From an uncultured Bacteroidales bacterium (GTDB lineage: Bacteria; Bacteroidota; Bacteroidia; Bacteroidales; JAIOZK01), in contig CAZJYD010000008.1 in the NCBI GenBank assembly GCA_964550205.1, positions 1 to 63,366 of the forward strand: 63,366 nucleotides of DNA, given 5' to 3'. The notes under the pieces were generated by a model that was given only the letters and a program-made list of their open reading frames with translations, was not told the DNA's origin and made no database searches. A program made the position numbers and the translations under genes. Positions 36,326 through 45,365 of this stretch are shown piece after piece. Every line of letters begins with the position of its first letter. Position 1 is the stretch's first letter.

Positions 36326-36730
36326 TTATTCCTCAATATTATTAATATCTTTAACACTATTTAAATTAAATGCTTCCATGTACTTGATAAGCGTCTTATT
36401 TTTTAATTTATTAAAGGGTTTGGGTTTAAGGTGCCTCTTAACACATAAGATAAAAATGCCTGTATATTCAGATAGTAATTTAGGGGTCATCATATTCTTT
36501 TTCATATAATAGTATATGGGACTCGCTCTTCCGTCTTTTACTTTTCTTCTTGCTTCTTCAATTTCTTTGTTAGTATCTTCCCACACCTGTTTCATTACGA
36601 TATTTTTGGGTTTCCAGCCTACGCTCTTTATCTTTACATATTTTCCATCCTTATCAACTGCATACTGGATTTCTCTGGTTTTACCATTTAACATATTTTC
36701 ATCATCCTGAGGTACTTGATTTACTTTCAT
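36326..36730 (-). CDS. small protein with C-terminal XRE-like helix-turn-helix, copy 1
   Basis: Paralogue of 47647-48120 (S..YYYM....L....GI....KH.KP..FN..K.KTL.KY.E.FN). Its stop directly abuts the BtrH-like ATG (TAAATG). Confidence 0.45.
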   Translation of the reverse strand: MKVNQVPQDDENMLNGKTREIQYAVDKDGKYVKIKSVGWKPKNIVMKQVWEDTNKEIEEARRKVKDGRASPIYYYMKKNMMTPKLLSEYTGIFILCVKRHLKPKPFNKLKNKTLIKYMEAFNLNSVKDINNIEE

Positions 36731-36743
36731 TAGTTTATTGTTT

Positions 36744-37883
36744 TTAAACCACTGTTAAAAGAGCGTATGTGTATGAAAATCTTGCACTTTCAGGAACCAT
36801 CACCAAGAGTTTTTCTCCTGGGTTTAATTTACCTGAATTAAAAAGTTCTTCAAGTATCAGATAAATGGATGCAGAACCAACATTTCCAACCCTTTCAAGG
36901 TTTAAAGACCAGCGTTCCAAAGGAATTGGTATTTTTAATCGTTTCATTTCCTCATATATTTTTTCTTTGAAAAAATAAGAAGAAATATGGGGGATGAAAT
37001 GATCTATATCGTTAATATTTAGATTGTATTTATCCAAAATATAAACAAGTCCTCTGCCTCCGTATTTTACTATGTTTTCTTCCAGCAATTTAACATCCTG
37101 TTTTAGTGAAAAAACAGAGTTGCTGATTATCTCATTTAAGGAGCAGTCTCTCCAAGGCATTAATTCACTACTATTTTTTTTAATACCACCGGCATACATG
37201 CAAGTATCCACTTCATTTGCATAAGATTTAATGTCTATCCATTCAACTTTAAGTGATGTTTTATTTATTGCAGGTTTATTTTCCATAAGAACTGCACCAG
37301 CGCCGTCCGAAAGCATCCATCTGAGAAATTCATTTTCAAATGCTATATAAGGGTTTTTACCCAATTCTTGATGTTTTGCAGTTTCTTCTTCAAAGTTTTT
37401 TGATAAAAGCCAGGTAGATAATTTCTCTGAACCCGTACATACGGCATTATTTGTATTTCCTGTAATAAGAGAGTAATAACCATATTTTAATGCCGACATC
37501 CCTGCATTGCAACTGCCACTTGCTGATATTATTTCGATGGGATTGCATTTAAGTTTGCCATGTACCATTGATGCATGACCGGGTAATAATTGATCAGGTG
37601 AAGTTGTTCCGCATGCCAGTAATTCAATGTCATTCAGTTTAAAATGATCATCAAAAAGCTTTTGTATTGCTTCAACAGTAATATCGGTATTGCTGTGTGT
37701 GGAATTACCTTTTTTATCAATCGCATAATATCGTGAAGTGATTTTATTATTTCTGAGAATTATGTTTTTTGATCTTGATTTTGATCCGTTGATCAAACCA
37801 AGGTATTCTTCCATCTCTTCGTTGCTTACTGGTTTATTTGGTAAATATTTAGAACTAGCTGTTATGTATGCTTTACTTATCAT
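36744..37883 (-). CDS. darB: dialkylresorcinol-forming KAS III-like condensing enzyme
   Basis: Cys125 (ASGSCNAGM), His299 (FIPHIS), Asn334 (VGNVGSAS). Directly downstream of the darA-like gene. Confidence 0.78.
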   Translation of the reverse strand: MISKAYITASSKYLPNKPVSNEEMEEYLGLINGSKSRSKNIILRNNKITSRYYAIDKKGNSTHSNTDITVEAIQKLFDDHFKLNDIELLACGTTSPDQLLPGHASMVHGKLKCNPIEIISASGSCNAGMSALKYGYYSLITGNTNNAVCTGSEKLSTWLLSKNFEEETAKHQELGKNPYIAFENEFLRWMLSDGAGAVLMENKPAINKTSLKVEWIDIKSYANEVDTCMYAGGIKKNSSELMPWRDCSLNEIISNSVFSLKQDVKLLEENIVKYGGRGLVYILDKYNLNINDIDHFIPHISSYFFKEKIYEEMKRLKIPIPLERWSLNLERVGNVGSASIYLILEELFNSGKLNPGEKLLVMVPESARFSYTYALLTVV

Positions 37884-37928
37884 TACAAATAATTAGTTAG
37901 TCTTTTATTAATAATATGCAAATGTCTG

Positions 37929-37936
37929 CAAATATA
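37929..37936 (-). promoter_or_regulatory. candidate -7 promoter box (minus strand)
   Basis: The reverse complement reads tatatttg (TAnnTTTG), 46 nt upstream of the darB ATG. Confidence 0.3.
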
Positions 37937-37970
37937 TATACAACCAAACAAAGTGTGTATTCTTATTTGG

Positions 37971-38882
37971 TTATTTTTTAATACCTGAATAATATTTAAT
38001 ATCTGATTCGGATGAGGATCTTAGTATTATTTTCTTCAAATTAAAAAATAAAGAAGCAATGGGTGAGATTATAAAAATGACAAATAGCAAATAATATTTA
38101 AATAATCTGACTAATAATAGTCTTGTTTTCTTATTCTTTTTTTCTGCTTTCAGTATTAAACCGGCCCATATTCTGAAAATGCGTTTGGCATTTTTTTCCA
38201 TTTGTAAAATATTATATTGAATTTCAACAGCTTTCTCCTTAGTGAGTTCATCTTGCAGTTTTAAATAATCATTATTTAATAAATGCTTTTTTATTATAGT
38301 ACCATATTTTGATGATTCTGCTATTTCTTTATCCGAAACACCTGCAGAAGGAAGAAACCTGTATGGGCCTTTATTTCCTTTTATTAACCATTTTATTATT
38401 GTGATAACACTGATTAAATTATTTGACTTATCGGTGAAAACGATATTGCCTACTAACTCAGCCTCCATTTTATATAAATAACTTTTAATATCTTCCTGTG
38501 CCATCACCCACATATTCCTAACTCCAGAAATTGTTATAATCTTTTTTCCTTTTAATAACCGATGAGTTTCAGGCTTATGAAGAAAGCTTGTAACAGGCAA
38601 GGAAGGAGATAAGTACCAAACAGAGTACCCCAGAATTATGAGATCATATTTATTTAAAGGCGGGTTTACCGGTTTTATTTCACAAGGAATCAATTTAACT
38701 GATTCGGGAAAAACATTGAAAAAGTCATCTGACTTCCACGGAAAGCTATAATCAGGAATGGGATTTATTCTTTCATAGTCAATATGTATATTAGGATCGC
38801 TTGCTAATGGTCCAAGCAAATTCTTTAATATTTCTTCCAGTTGACCTGTTTGTGAATAATATACTACCAAAATACTTTTCAT
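37971..38882 (-). CDS. darA: DarA-like dialkylresorcinol aromatase/condensing-enzyme partner
   Basis: Flavodoxin-like N-terminus ILVVYYSQTGQLEEIL, C-terminal hydrophobic helix, ~300 aa. Paired with darB. Confidence 0.62.
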   Translation of the reverse strand: MKSILVVYYSQTGQLEEILKNLLGPLASDPNIHIDYERINPIPDYSFPWKSDDFFNVFPESVKLIPCEIKPVNPPLNKYDLIILGYSVWYLSPSLPVTSFLHKPETHRLLKGKKIITISGVRNMWVMAQEDIKSYLYKMEAELVGNIVFTDKSNNLISVITIIKWLIKGNKGPYRFLPSAGVSDKEIAESSKYGTIIKKHLLNNDYLKLQDELTKEKAVEIQYNILQMEKNAKRIFRIWAGLILKAEKKNKKTRLLLVRLFKYYLLFVIFIISPIASLFFNLKKIILRSSSESDIKYYSGIKK

Positions 38883-39799
38883 TGGGCCAGGATAGTATTT
38901 AGTTTGTTTACCGGAATAATTGTAAAATCTTTATCGATGAATTTTCCAATTCTGTATAATGAATCTCCAGGTCCGCATTCTATGCAATATTTTATTTCCA
39001 GTGAATTCAGTTTTTTCATTGTATTATGCCAGTTCAATGGTGTTTTTAAGTTTCTGACAAGTTCGTGTCTGATCTGTTCGGGATTTAAAAGTATTTGCTG
39101 ATCAATAGAGGATACGATTGGGTACCTGGGTTTATTTATTCTTAGTTTGTCAACAAAGGTAGAAAAATAATTTTCAGTTTCTTTTAGATATTTTGAATGA
39201 TAAGGAATTGAAGTATTGATAACTCCTGTTTGTATGGCGCCTTCATTTTTTGCGATTTTTATAATTCTAATGATATCACCTTTTTTCCCAGATAATAATG
39301 TGGAATGAATGTTATTGGTATTCACGATTTCAACACAAAGATTATTTTCTGATATATTATTTTGAATTTCTTCCTTGTTCAACCCTACTATATAACCCAT
39401 TCCGAATTCTGATTTAGATGGAATAACTTTTCTGCATATTTCATAAGCATTAATAATCAATTGAAGTCCATCGTTAAATGAAATGGCATTAATATCATAT
39501 AGTGCAGAATAAATGCCCATACTTATACCTGCAACATAATCCGGATATTGATTTTTTTGTTTCAGCAATTTTGAAACCCCGCAACTTATTATATATGTGA
39601 TATACTGGTTTTTGAGCTCATTATCCATAAAGTTATTTTCTTTTATATCGAACTCTGTAATGTTGGAATTAACGATGTGTTGAGCTTCTGTTAAGATATT
39701 CCCGAAATTAATATTATGATCGTTAAGAATTTTAACTTCAGCTCCCGTGTACTTTTGCACAAAGGCAGGAAATAAATGTACCGAGGCAGATTTAGTCAT
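38879..39799 (-). CDS. FabD-like acyl-carrier-protein acyltransferase, atypical
   Basis: GxSxG GISMG and PYHS His retained. The GQGSQ position reads PAFVQKY, and the malonyl-binding Arg position reads Ala by eye (INAYEICRK). Confidence 0.65.
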   Translation of the reverse strand: MTKSASVHLFPAFVQKYTGAEVKILNDHNINFGNILTEAQHIVNSNITEFDIKENNFMDNELKNQYITYIISCGVSKLLKQKNQYPDYVAGISMGIYSALYDINAISFNDGLQLIINAYEICRKVIPSKSEFGMGYIVGLNKEEIQNNISENNLCVEIVNTNNIHSTLLSGKKGDIIRIIKIAKNEGAIQTGVINTSIPYHSKYLKETENYFSTFVDKLRINKPRYPIVSSIDQQILLNPEQIRHELVRNLKTPLNWHNTMKKLNSLEIKYCIECGPGDSLYRIGKFIDKDFTIIPVNKLNTILAQ

Positions 39800-40178
39800 C
39801 TGTAAGTATAATTTTAAAAATTACATAATCATTTGTTGTTTCAAATGAAGAAATTGCTTTTTTAATATTGAGCTTATTCCGGTATTCCTCTGCAAACCCT
39901 GAAAAACGTATTTCATGATTTTCAATATCCTCATGAAATAACAATTCAATTTCTTTCCAGTCAATAGGGCTGTTTGTCCAGCTAATACCAAACGCTTTAA
40001 ATGCTGCTTCCTTACAGGCAAATCCTAAGGGAAAGCCAACGATTCCTTTCAGTGTATAGTTAGTCATAATCTCAGCTTGGGAAAAAACTGTTTTTAAAAA
40101 TGGATGTGTTGAATTTTCCTTGGTTAGATACTTTTTAAACCTGTTTATTTCTGTAATATCAATACCGCATCTTACCAT
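39792..40178 (-). CDS. AcpS-type 4'-phosphopantetheinyl transferase (PPTase 2)
   Basis: CGIDITEINRF N-terminus, CKEAAFKAFG. Confidence 0.75.
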   Translation of the reverse strand: MVRCGIDITEINRFKKYLTKENSTHPFLKTVFSQAEIMTNYTLKGIVGFPLGFACKEAAFKAFGISWTNSPIDWKEIELLFHEDIENHEIRFSGFAEEYRNKLNIKKAISSFETTNDYVIFKIILTDD

Positions 40179-40195
40179 GATTTTTTTAAAAGCCG

Positions 40196-40501
40196 TTAAT
40201 AGATTTCCAGGATTTTGTTTTCATGTTCAATGATTAGCAACTGCATATCTATTAATTCTCCGATTTTACGGACAGGATGTTTTGTACTGTATTTTCCTAT
40301 TGTCTTAAGTTCTATATTTAGGTCGTATTTCTTCTTATATATTTCTATGAGCTCCAGAAACATAAGTGAGTCACCTTCCAGGTCTTCAAAGATATCTGTT
40401 TCTTCTGTGATTGTATTTTTATCTACTTCGCATTCCTCGGCAAAAAAGTCGATAAGAATTTTCTTTACTTCCTTTCTTGTGTTTTTATTGATTTCTGCCA
40501 T
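40196..40501 (-). CDS. acyl carrier protein (ACP 3 of 4)
   Basis: LEGDSLMFLEL attachment motif. 101 aa, acidic. Confidence 0.8.
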   Translation of the reverse strand: MAEINKNTRKEVKKILIDFFAEECEVDKNTITEETDIFEDLEGDSLMFLELIEIYKKKYDLNIELKTIGKYSTKHPVRKIGELIDMQLLIIEHENKILEIY

Positions 40502-40580
40502 TATTCAACATATTTTAAAATAATGGCCAAAATTAGTAATATTTTCGTGAGAATTAAGGCCGTGAAACTACATTTTTATT

Positions 40581-41798
40581 TTATGTGTATTTTTTAAGCA
40601 CGAGAGTAGCGTTATGTCCTCCAAAACCAAAAGAGTTAACAAGAGCTGCATTAATTTTTTTCATCCTCCTTTTATTGGGAACATAATCCAGATCCAGATC
40701 CGGATCGGGATTATTTAAATTAATAGTAGGTGTAATTATATTAGCATCAATGCTCATAGCCGTAATGGCCGATTCAATTGCTCCGGCAGCGCCTATAGTG
40801 TGGCCTATCATCGATTTGGAAGATGATATGGGTATATTGTAAGCATCCTTAGTAAATATTTCTTTAATAGCTATAGTTTCGAACAGATCGTTTAATACTG
40901 TAGAAGTTCCATGTGCATTGATGTAATCAATATCGGATTTATTTATTCCGCTGTTTTCTATTGCTATTTTCATGGTTTCTGTCATGCCTTTTCCATCTGT
41001 TCTGGGAGCCATAATATTATATGCCTCATTGGTAAGAGCGTATCCGGCCACCTCCGCATAAATATGTGCATTTCTTTTGATGGCAGCATGTTCTGCCTCC
41101 AATAATATCATTCCCGCACCTTCACCTATGACGAAGCCACTCCTATCCTTTGAAAATGGTTTACTTGCTTTTTCAGGAATATCATTCTCAGTTGAAAGTG
41201 CATATAATTCATTGAAACCTCTGATCTCTTCCGGATTTACTGTAGAATCAGTACCGCCCGCTATTACAAGGTCAGCTATTCCGTGCCTGATCAAATCATA
41301 GCCTTGTGCTATTGCATAAGCTGATGAAGAGCATGCGGTTGAAATTGCATAATTAGGTCCGTGAAAACCATATTCCATTGCAATCCAGGCTCCAGGTGCA
41401 TTATTCATGTTCTTTATAACAGTGTTTTTGGAGCTTGTTACCTTTTCAATACTTGAATTGCCTGTTGTAACTATCCCCATTATTACAGCACAGCGTGCCT
41501 TATTAAATTTATTAAGATCAATATTGCTCTTGTTTATCATTTCCTTGGCACAAACCACTCCCATTTTAGTTACTCTGGTCATTTGTTTTGCAGCTCGCTT
41601 TTTGATATATTGTGGATAGAATTGGTTAAAATCTGATGTAACTTCTCCTGCGATTTGTGTCTCCAGTTCCGAAGGATCAAATAAAGATATTCTTGAAATT
41701 CCAGAATTACCTTGCGTGAGGTTTTTCCAGTTTTCTTTTGCGTTTAGTCCAAGTGCTGAGATAATATTTAATCCTGTGATGAATACTCTTGTTTCCAT
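40581..41798 (-). CDS. beta-ketoacyl-ACP synthase II-like (FabF-like)
   Basis: STACSSSAYA, AHGTST, GHTIGAAGA, NSFGFGGHNA. Confidence 0.9.
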   Translation of the reverse strand: METRVFITGLNIISALGLNAKENWKNLTQGNSGISRISLFDPSELETQIAGEVTSDFNQFYPQYIKKRAAKQMTRVTKMGVVCAKEMINKSNIDLNKFNKARCAVIMGIVTTGNSSIEKVTSSKNTVIKNMNNAPGAWIAMEYGFHGPNYAISTACSSSAYAIAQGYDLIRHGIADLVIAGGTDSTVNPEEIRGFNELYALSTENDIPEKASKPFSKDRSGFVIGEGAGMILLEAEHAAIKRNAHIYAEVAGYALTNEAYNIMAPRTDGKGMTETMKIAIENSGINKSDIDYINAHGTSTVLNDLFETIAIKEIFTKDAYNIPISSSKSMIGHTIGAAGAIESAITAMSIDANIITPTINLNNPDPDLDLDYVPNKRRMKKINAALVNSFGFGGHNATLVLKKYT

Positions 41799-41815
41799 AT
41801 TGGCTTATAAAAGTA

Positions 41816-42862
41816 CTATAATTTTTTGCTTAATGAGAAAGGTCCTGATTCAGATCCTAATAATTCTGTTAATGCAAAATCTATTTCATTATCTGTTAAA
41901 TTTGTTTGTTGCTTTATATTCAATGCTGATTCTAAGTACCATGATTCAAATTTTGCATTCACATCAGAAATATATTTTTTATTGTTATTAGTTGATTGAT
42001 TTTTATACGAACTTATCCTGATGTTATTTTTATAATCGTAAAAACCCTTGCCATTTTTTATTCCAAAACGATTTGATGAAATTTTCTTTTCAAGCTCCTG
42101 CATCAAGGGGTAATAGAATTCTTTATCTTTTTCTGATTTAATATAATTACAAATTGAATAATATGCAGTATCAATACCAATATGATCAAACATTTCGAAG
42201 ATACCGGGATTGAAAAAATTATTACTAACTATAGAATCCACTTCTTCATAGCTAAGTATGTTTTCTTGTATAATATGACAAGCACCGGCCTGTAGCCTTA
42301 ACAGAAACTTGTTTAAAATAAAGGCATTTTGCTCATTAAGAATTAAATAATGTTTATCTATTTTATTTAGGAAATCCAGTATATAGTTAATTGTATTTTT
42401 AGCAGTATTTTTTAGAATTATAAACTCAGCAATATTTTTTAACTCAACAGGAAAGAAAAAGTGTAATCCTACAAACTTATCACTGCGTTTATTGGAGGGA
42501 ATAATAAGTGAAGGAAGTATGGATGACGAATTCGTAGCAAATATGCAGTTATCATTAATAATTGTATCAATATTTGAAAATAGATCTTTCTTTTTTTTTA
42601 GATTTTCAGTAATTGTTTCAATAATGATATTACAATCCGACAGATCAGAAATATCATGAGTTATTTTTTTTTGCCTGCTAGTATCTTTTGTAATGACCTT
42701 ATTTTTTACTAGTCGGTTAACACGTTTTTCGTATTGTTTTTTCAGAGAGGATGAATCCTTATAATGATACAGAGTAACGGGAAAATTAAAATATAGTAAT
42801 GAAGAGAAAAGGTTAATTCCCATTTTTCCTGCACCTGTTATTCCAATATTAGGGGACTTCAT
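41816..42862 (-). CDS. 3-hydroxyacyl-CoA dehydrogenase family protein
   Basis: IGITGAGKMG NAD motif and the GLHFFFPVE signature. Confidence 0.75.
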   Translation of the reverse strand: MKSPNIGITGAGKMGINLFSSLLYFNFPVTLYHYKDSSSLKKQYEKRVNRLVKNKVITKDTSRQKKITHDISDLSDCNIIIETITENLKKKKDLFSNIDTIINDNCIFATNSSSILPSLIIPSNKRSDKFVGLHFFFPVELKNIAEFIILKNTAKNTINYILDFLNKIDKHYLILNEQNAFILNKFLLRLQAGACHIIQENILSYEEVDSIVSNNFFNPGIFEMFDHIGIDTAYYSICNYIKSEKDKEFYYPLMQELEKKISSNRFGIKNGKGFYDYKNNIRISSYKNQSTNNNKKYISDVNAKFESWYLESALNIKQQTNLTDNEIDFALTELLGSESGPFSLSKKL

Positions 42863-42881
42863 AAATTAATTATTAAACTTG

Positions 42882-42889
42882 CAAAAATA
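42882..42889 (-). promoter_or_regulatory. candidate -7 promoter box (minus strand)
   Basis: The reverse complement reads tatttttg (TAnnTTTG), 20 nt upstream of the ATG at 42862. Confidence 0.3.
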
Positions 42890-42900
42890 TATTAAAGCGT

Positions 42901-42926
42901 TTTTATATTGAAATTTTATATTGAAA
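42901..42926. repeat. perfect 13-bp tandem direct repeat ttttatattgaaa x2
   Basis: Read directly at 42901-42913 and 42914-42926, in the divergent control region between the dar/FAS operon and the TAL operon. Confidence 0.75.
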
Positions 42927-43011
42927 AATAAGATAGAGATTTTCATAAAACATTCATTTTCAAAACAGGAATTTAAACTATATTATTTTGTTATAATTCA
43001 TAGAATTGAGT

Positions 43012-43019
43012 TAATTTTG
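43012..43019 (+). promoter_or_regulatory. candidate -7 promoter box
   Basis: taattttg fits TAnnTTTG, 48 nt upstream of the ATG at 43067. A GGAGGA lies 8 nt before that ATG. Confidence 0.35.
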
Positions 43020-43066
43020 TTTTGTTTTTCTGTTTTAAGATAGAAAGCAATTTGGAGGAAGATAAA

Positions 43067-44605
43067 ATGGTAATAACAGACAAATCGCGGGTAGGAATAA
43101 GCGATTTTTATCGATTAATCTTTCAAAACGAAGAACTGCAAGTAGATAGTAGTACGCTTGAATTAGTGGAAAAAAATTACAGGTTTTTAGAAGAGTTTAT
43201 TGAGAACAAGATAATATACGGGATTAATACAGGTCTTGGACCTATGGCCCAGTACAAAGTTGATGATGATAAGCATAAAGAATTACAGCTCAATTTAATA
43301 CGCAGTCACTCGTCTGGTTGTGGTGATCCTATTGATAAATATAGTATTAAAGCGGCGATGATAAGCCGTTTAATTTGTTTTAGCAGAGGACTTTCTGGAA
43401 TACATCCGGAAGTTATTGAGCTCATAAGGCAATTAATAAATAACAACATAATCCCATATATACCTGAACATGGTGGGGTGGGAGCTAGCGGGGACCTGGT
43501 TCAACTGGCTCATTTTGCATTGTCTTTGATAGGAGAAGGTAAAGTATTATACAAGAATACCTGGCAGCCAACAGATGATGTTCTGAGAAAACTCGATTTA
43601 AAGCCGATTGGTATTCATATTCGGGAAGGGTTAGCATTGATAAACGGTACTGCAGTGATGTCAGGGATTGGTGTGATAAACCTGATCCACGCAAGAAATT
43701 TATTTAATTGGATGATTATTGCATCGGCAATTATTAATGAAATAGTTGAAACATTTGATGATCATTATTCAAATGAATTGAATTCGGTTAAATCCCATCC
43801 GGGACAGAACTATATTGCAAAAATCCTTAGAAACATACTTCAAGACAGTAAATTAACCAAGAGAAGACCGGATGTATTGTATAACAATAACAATAAGAAA
43901 AATCATAGGATCAAGAAAAAAGTACAGGAATATTACTCAATAAGATGTATACCTCAGATACTTGGCCCGGTTTATGACGTTATTGTTAATGCTGAAAAAG
44001 TGCTGGAGGATGAGATCAACTCAGTTAATGATAATCCGGTGATTGATATGCACAATAAATGTGTATTTCATGGAGGAAATTTTCATGGTGATTATGTATC
44101 GCTTGAGATGGATAAGTTGAAAATTGCCCTTACTAAATTATCTATGCTATCGGAAAGACAATTGAATTTTTTAATGAATCACAAGATAAATGAGATATTG
44201 CCACCATTTGTTAATTTAGGTGTTTTGGGACTGAATCTTGGAATGCAGGGTGCACAGTTCACAGCTACTTCAAATGTCGCTGAAAACCAGACATTATCTA
44301 CTTCAATGTATGTTCACAGCATTCCGTGTAATAATGAAAATCAGGATATAGTCAGCATGGGAACAAATGCTGCATTAATTACAAAAAGAATAATTGAAAA
44401 CGCGTTTCAAACATTGTCTATTGAATTGATAGCTTTAATACAAGCAGTTGATTATTTGGAGTTTCAGGATAAACTATCGGAGAAGACAAAGTGGTCATAT
44501 AAAGAACTAAGGAAGTTGGTGCCCAAATTCAATGAGGATAAAGTTTTATATGAGGATATTGAGAATATCAAAAATTATATATTAAAGAACAAAATTGAAT
44601 TATAA
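43067..44605 (+). CDS. flxA: MIO-dependent aromatic amino acid ammonia-lyase, probable tyrosine ammonia-lyase
   Basis: MIO triad GASGDL (ASG at nt 43484-43492), NTGLGPMA, NDNP, GGNFHGD, QDIVSMG. No hut genes nearby, and the gene sits in a pigment cluster. ATG at 43067 preferred over the TTG at 43022. Confidence 0.82.
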   Translation: MVITDKSRVGISDFYRLIFQNEELQVDSSTLELVEKNYRFLEEFIENKIIYGINTGLGPMAQYKVDDDKHKELQLNLIRSHSSGCGDPIDKYSIKAAMISRLICFSRGLSGIHPEVIELIRQLINNNIIPYIPEHGGVGASGDLVQLAHFALSLIGEGKVLYKNTWQPTDDVLRKLDLKPIGIHIREGLALINGTAVMSGIGVINLIHARNLFNWMIIASAIINEIVETFDDHYSNELNSVKSHPGQNYIAKILRNILQDSKLTKRRPDVLYNNNNKKNHRIKKKVQEYYSIRCIPQILGPVYDVIVNAEKVLEDEINSVNDNPVIDMHNKCVFHGGNFHGDYVSLEMDKLKIALTKLSMLSERQLNFLMNHKINEILPPFVNLGVLGLNLGMQGAQFTATSNVAENQTLSTSMYVHSIPCNNENQDIVSMGTNAALITKRIIENAFQTLSIELIALIQAVDYLEFQDKLSEKTKWSYKELRKLVPKFNEDKVLYEDIENIKNYILKNKIEL

Positions 44606-44618
44606 ATAATAAAAAATT

Positions 44619-45341
44619 ATGAATGCACTTGTAACAGGAGGATCGAGGGGTATTGGAAAAGCAATATGTATAAAGCTTGCTGAATCCGGGCATCATGTGA
44701 TAATAAATTATCATAAAAATAAACAGAAAGCAAAAGAATCTTTACAAGAAGTTAATAAGCATAGTAGCGGGGAATTGTTGAAATTTGATGTTGCAAATAG
44801 TAAGGAAGTGGAAAATGCTATAAATAAATGGAAAGCAGAGAATAAAGAACGTCATATTGATATATTGATAAATAATGCAGGAATAAGGAAAGATAATGTG
44901 ATCATATGGATGAATAATGATGAATGGGAGGAGATCATAAATACAAACCTGAATAGTTTTTTCTATCTTACAAGATTACTAATTCAGGACATGTTGGTGA
45001 ATAAATTCGGGCGTATTATTAATATAGTTTCTTTATCCGGTTTAAAAGGATTACCGGGGCAGATAAATTATTCTGCTGCTAAAGCAGGTTTAATAGGTGC
45101 AACTAAAGCACTTGCCCAGGAAGTTGGTAAAAAGAAAGTAACAGTAAATGCTGTTGCACCCGGGTATATCAAAACAGACATGACAAAAGAGCTGGATGAG
45201 AAGGAATTAAAAAGGACTATTCCTTTAAACCGTTTTGGATACCCTGAAGAGGTTGCCGAACTGGTTAATTTTCTGGCCTCGGAACGATCATCTTATATAA
45301 CAGGTGAAGTAATATCCATAAATGGTGGTTTATATACATGA
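44619..45341 (+). CDS. fabG: 3-oxoacyl-ACP reductase (SDR)
   Basis: VTGGSRGIGKAI, NNAG, YSAAKAG. Confidence 0.9.
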   Translation: MNALVTGGSRGIGKAICIKLAESGHHVIINYHKNKQKAKESLQEVNKHSSGELLKFDVANSKEVENAINKWKAENKERHIDILINNAGIRKDNVIIWMNNDEWEEIINTNLNSFFYLTRLLIQDMLVNKFGRIINIVSLSGLKGLPGQINYSAAKAGLIGATKALAQEVGKKKVTVNAVAPGYIKTDMTKELDEKELKRTIPLNRFGYPEEVAELVNFLASERSSYITGEVISINGGLYT

Positions 45342-45365
45342 TTTCTGCATATAAAATTTAAAAAT

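Noticed and set aside
43022-43066. TTG-initiated 15-codon N-terminal extension of the ammonia-lyase
   Set aside because: The ATG at 43067 is preceded by GGAGGA at a suitable distance, and the extension is hydrophobic or odd (MFFCFKIES).
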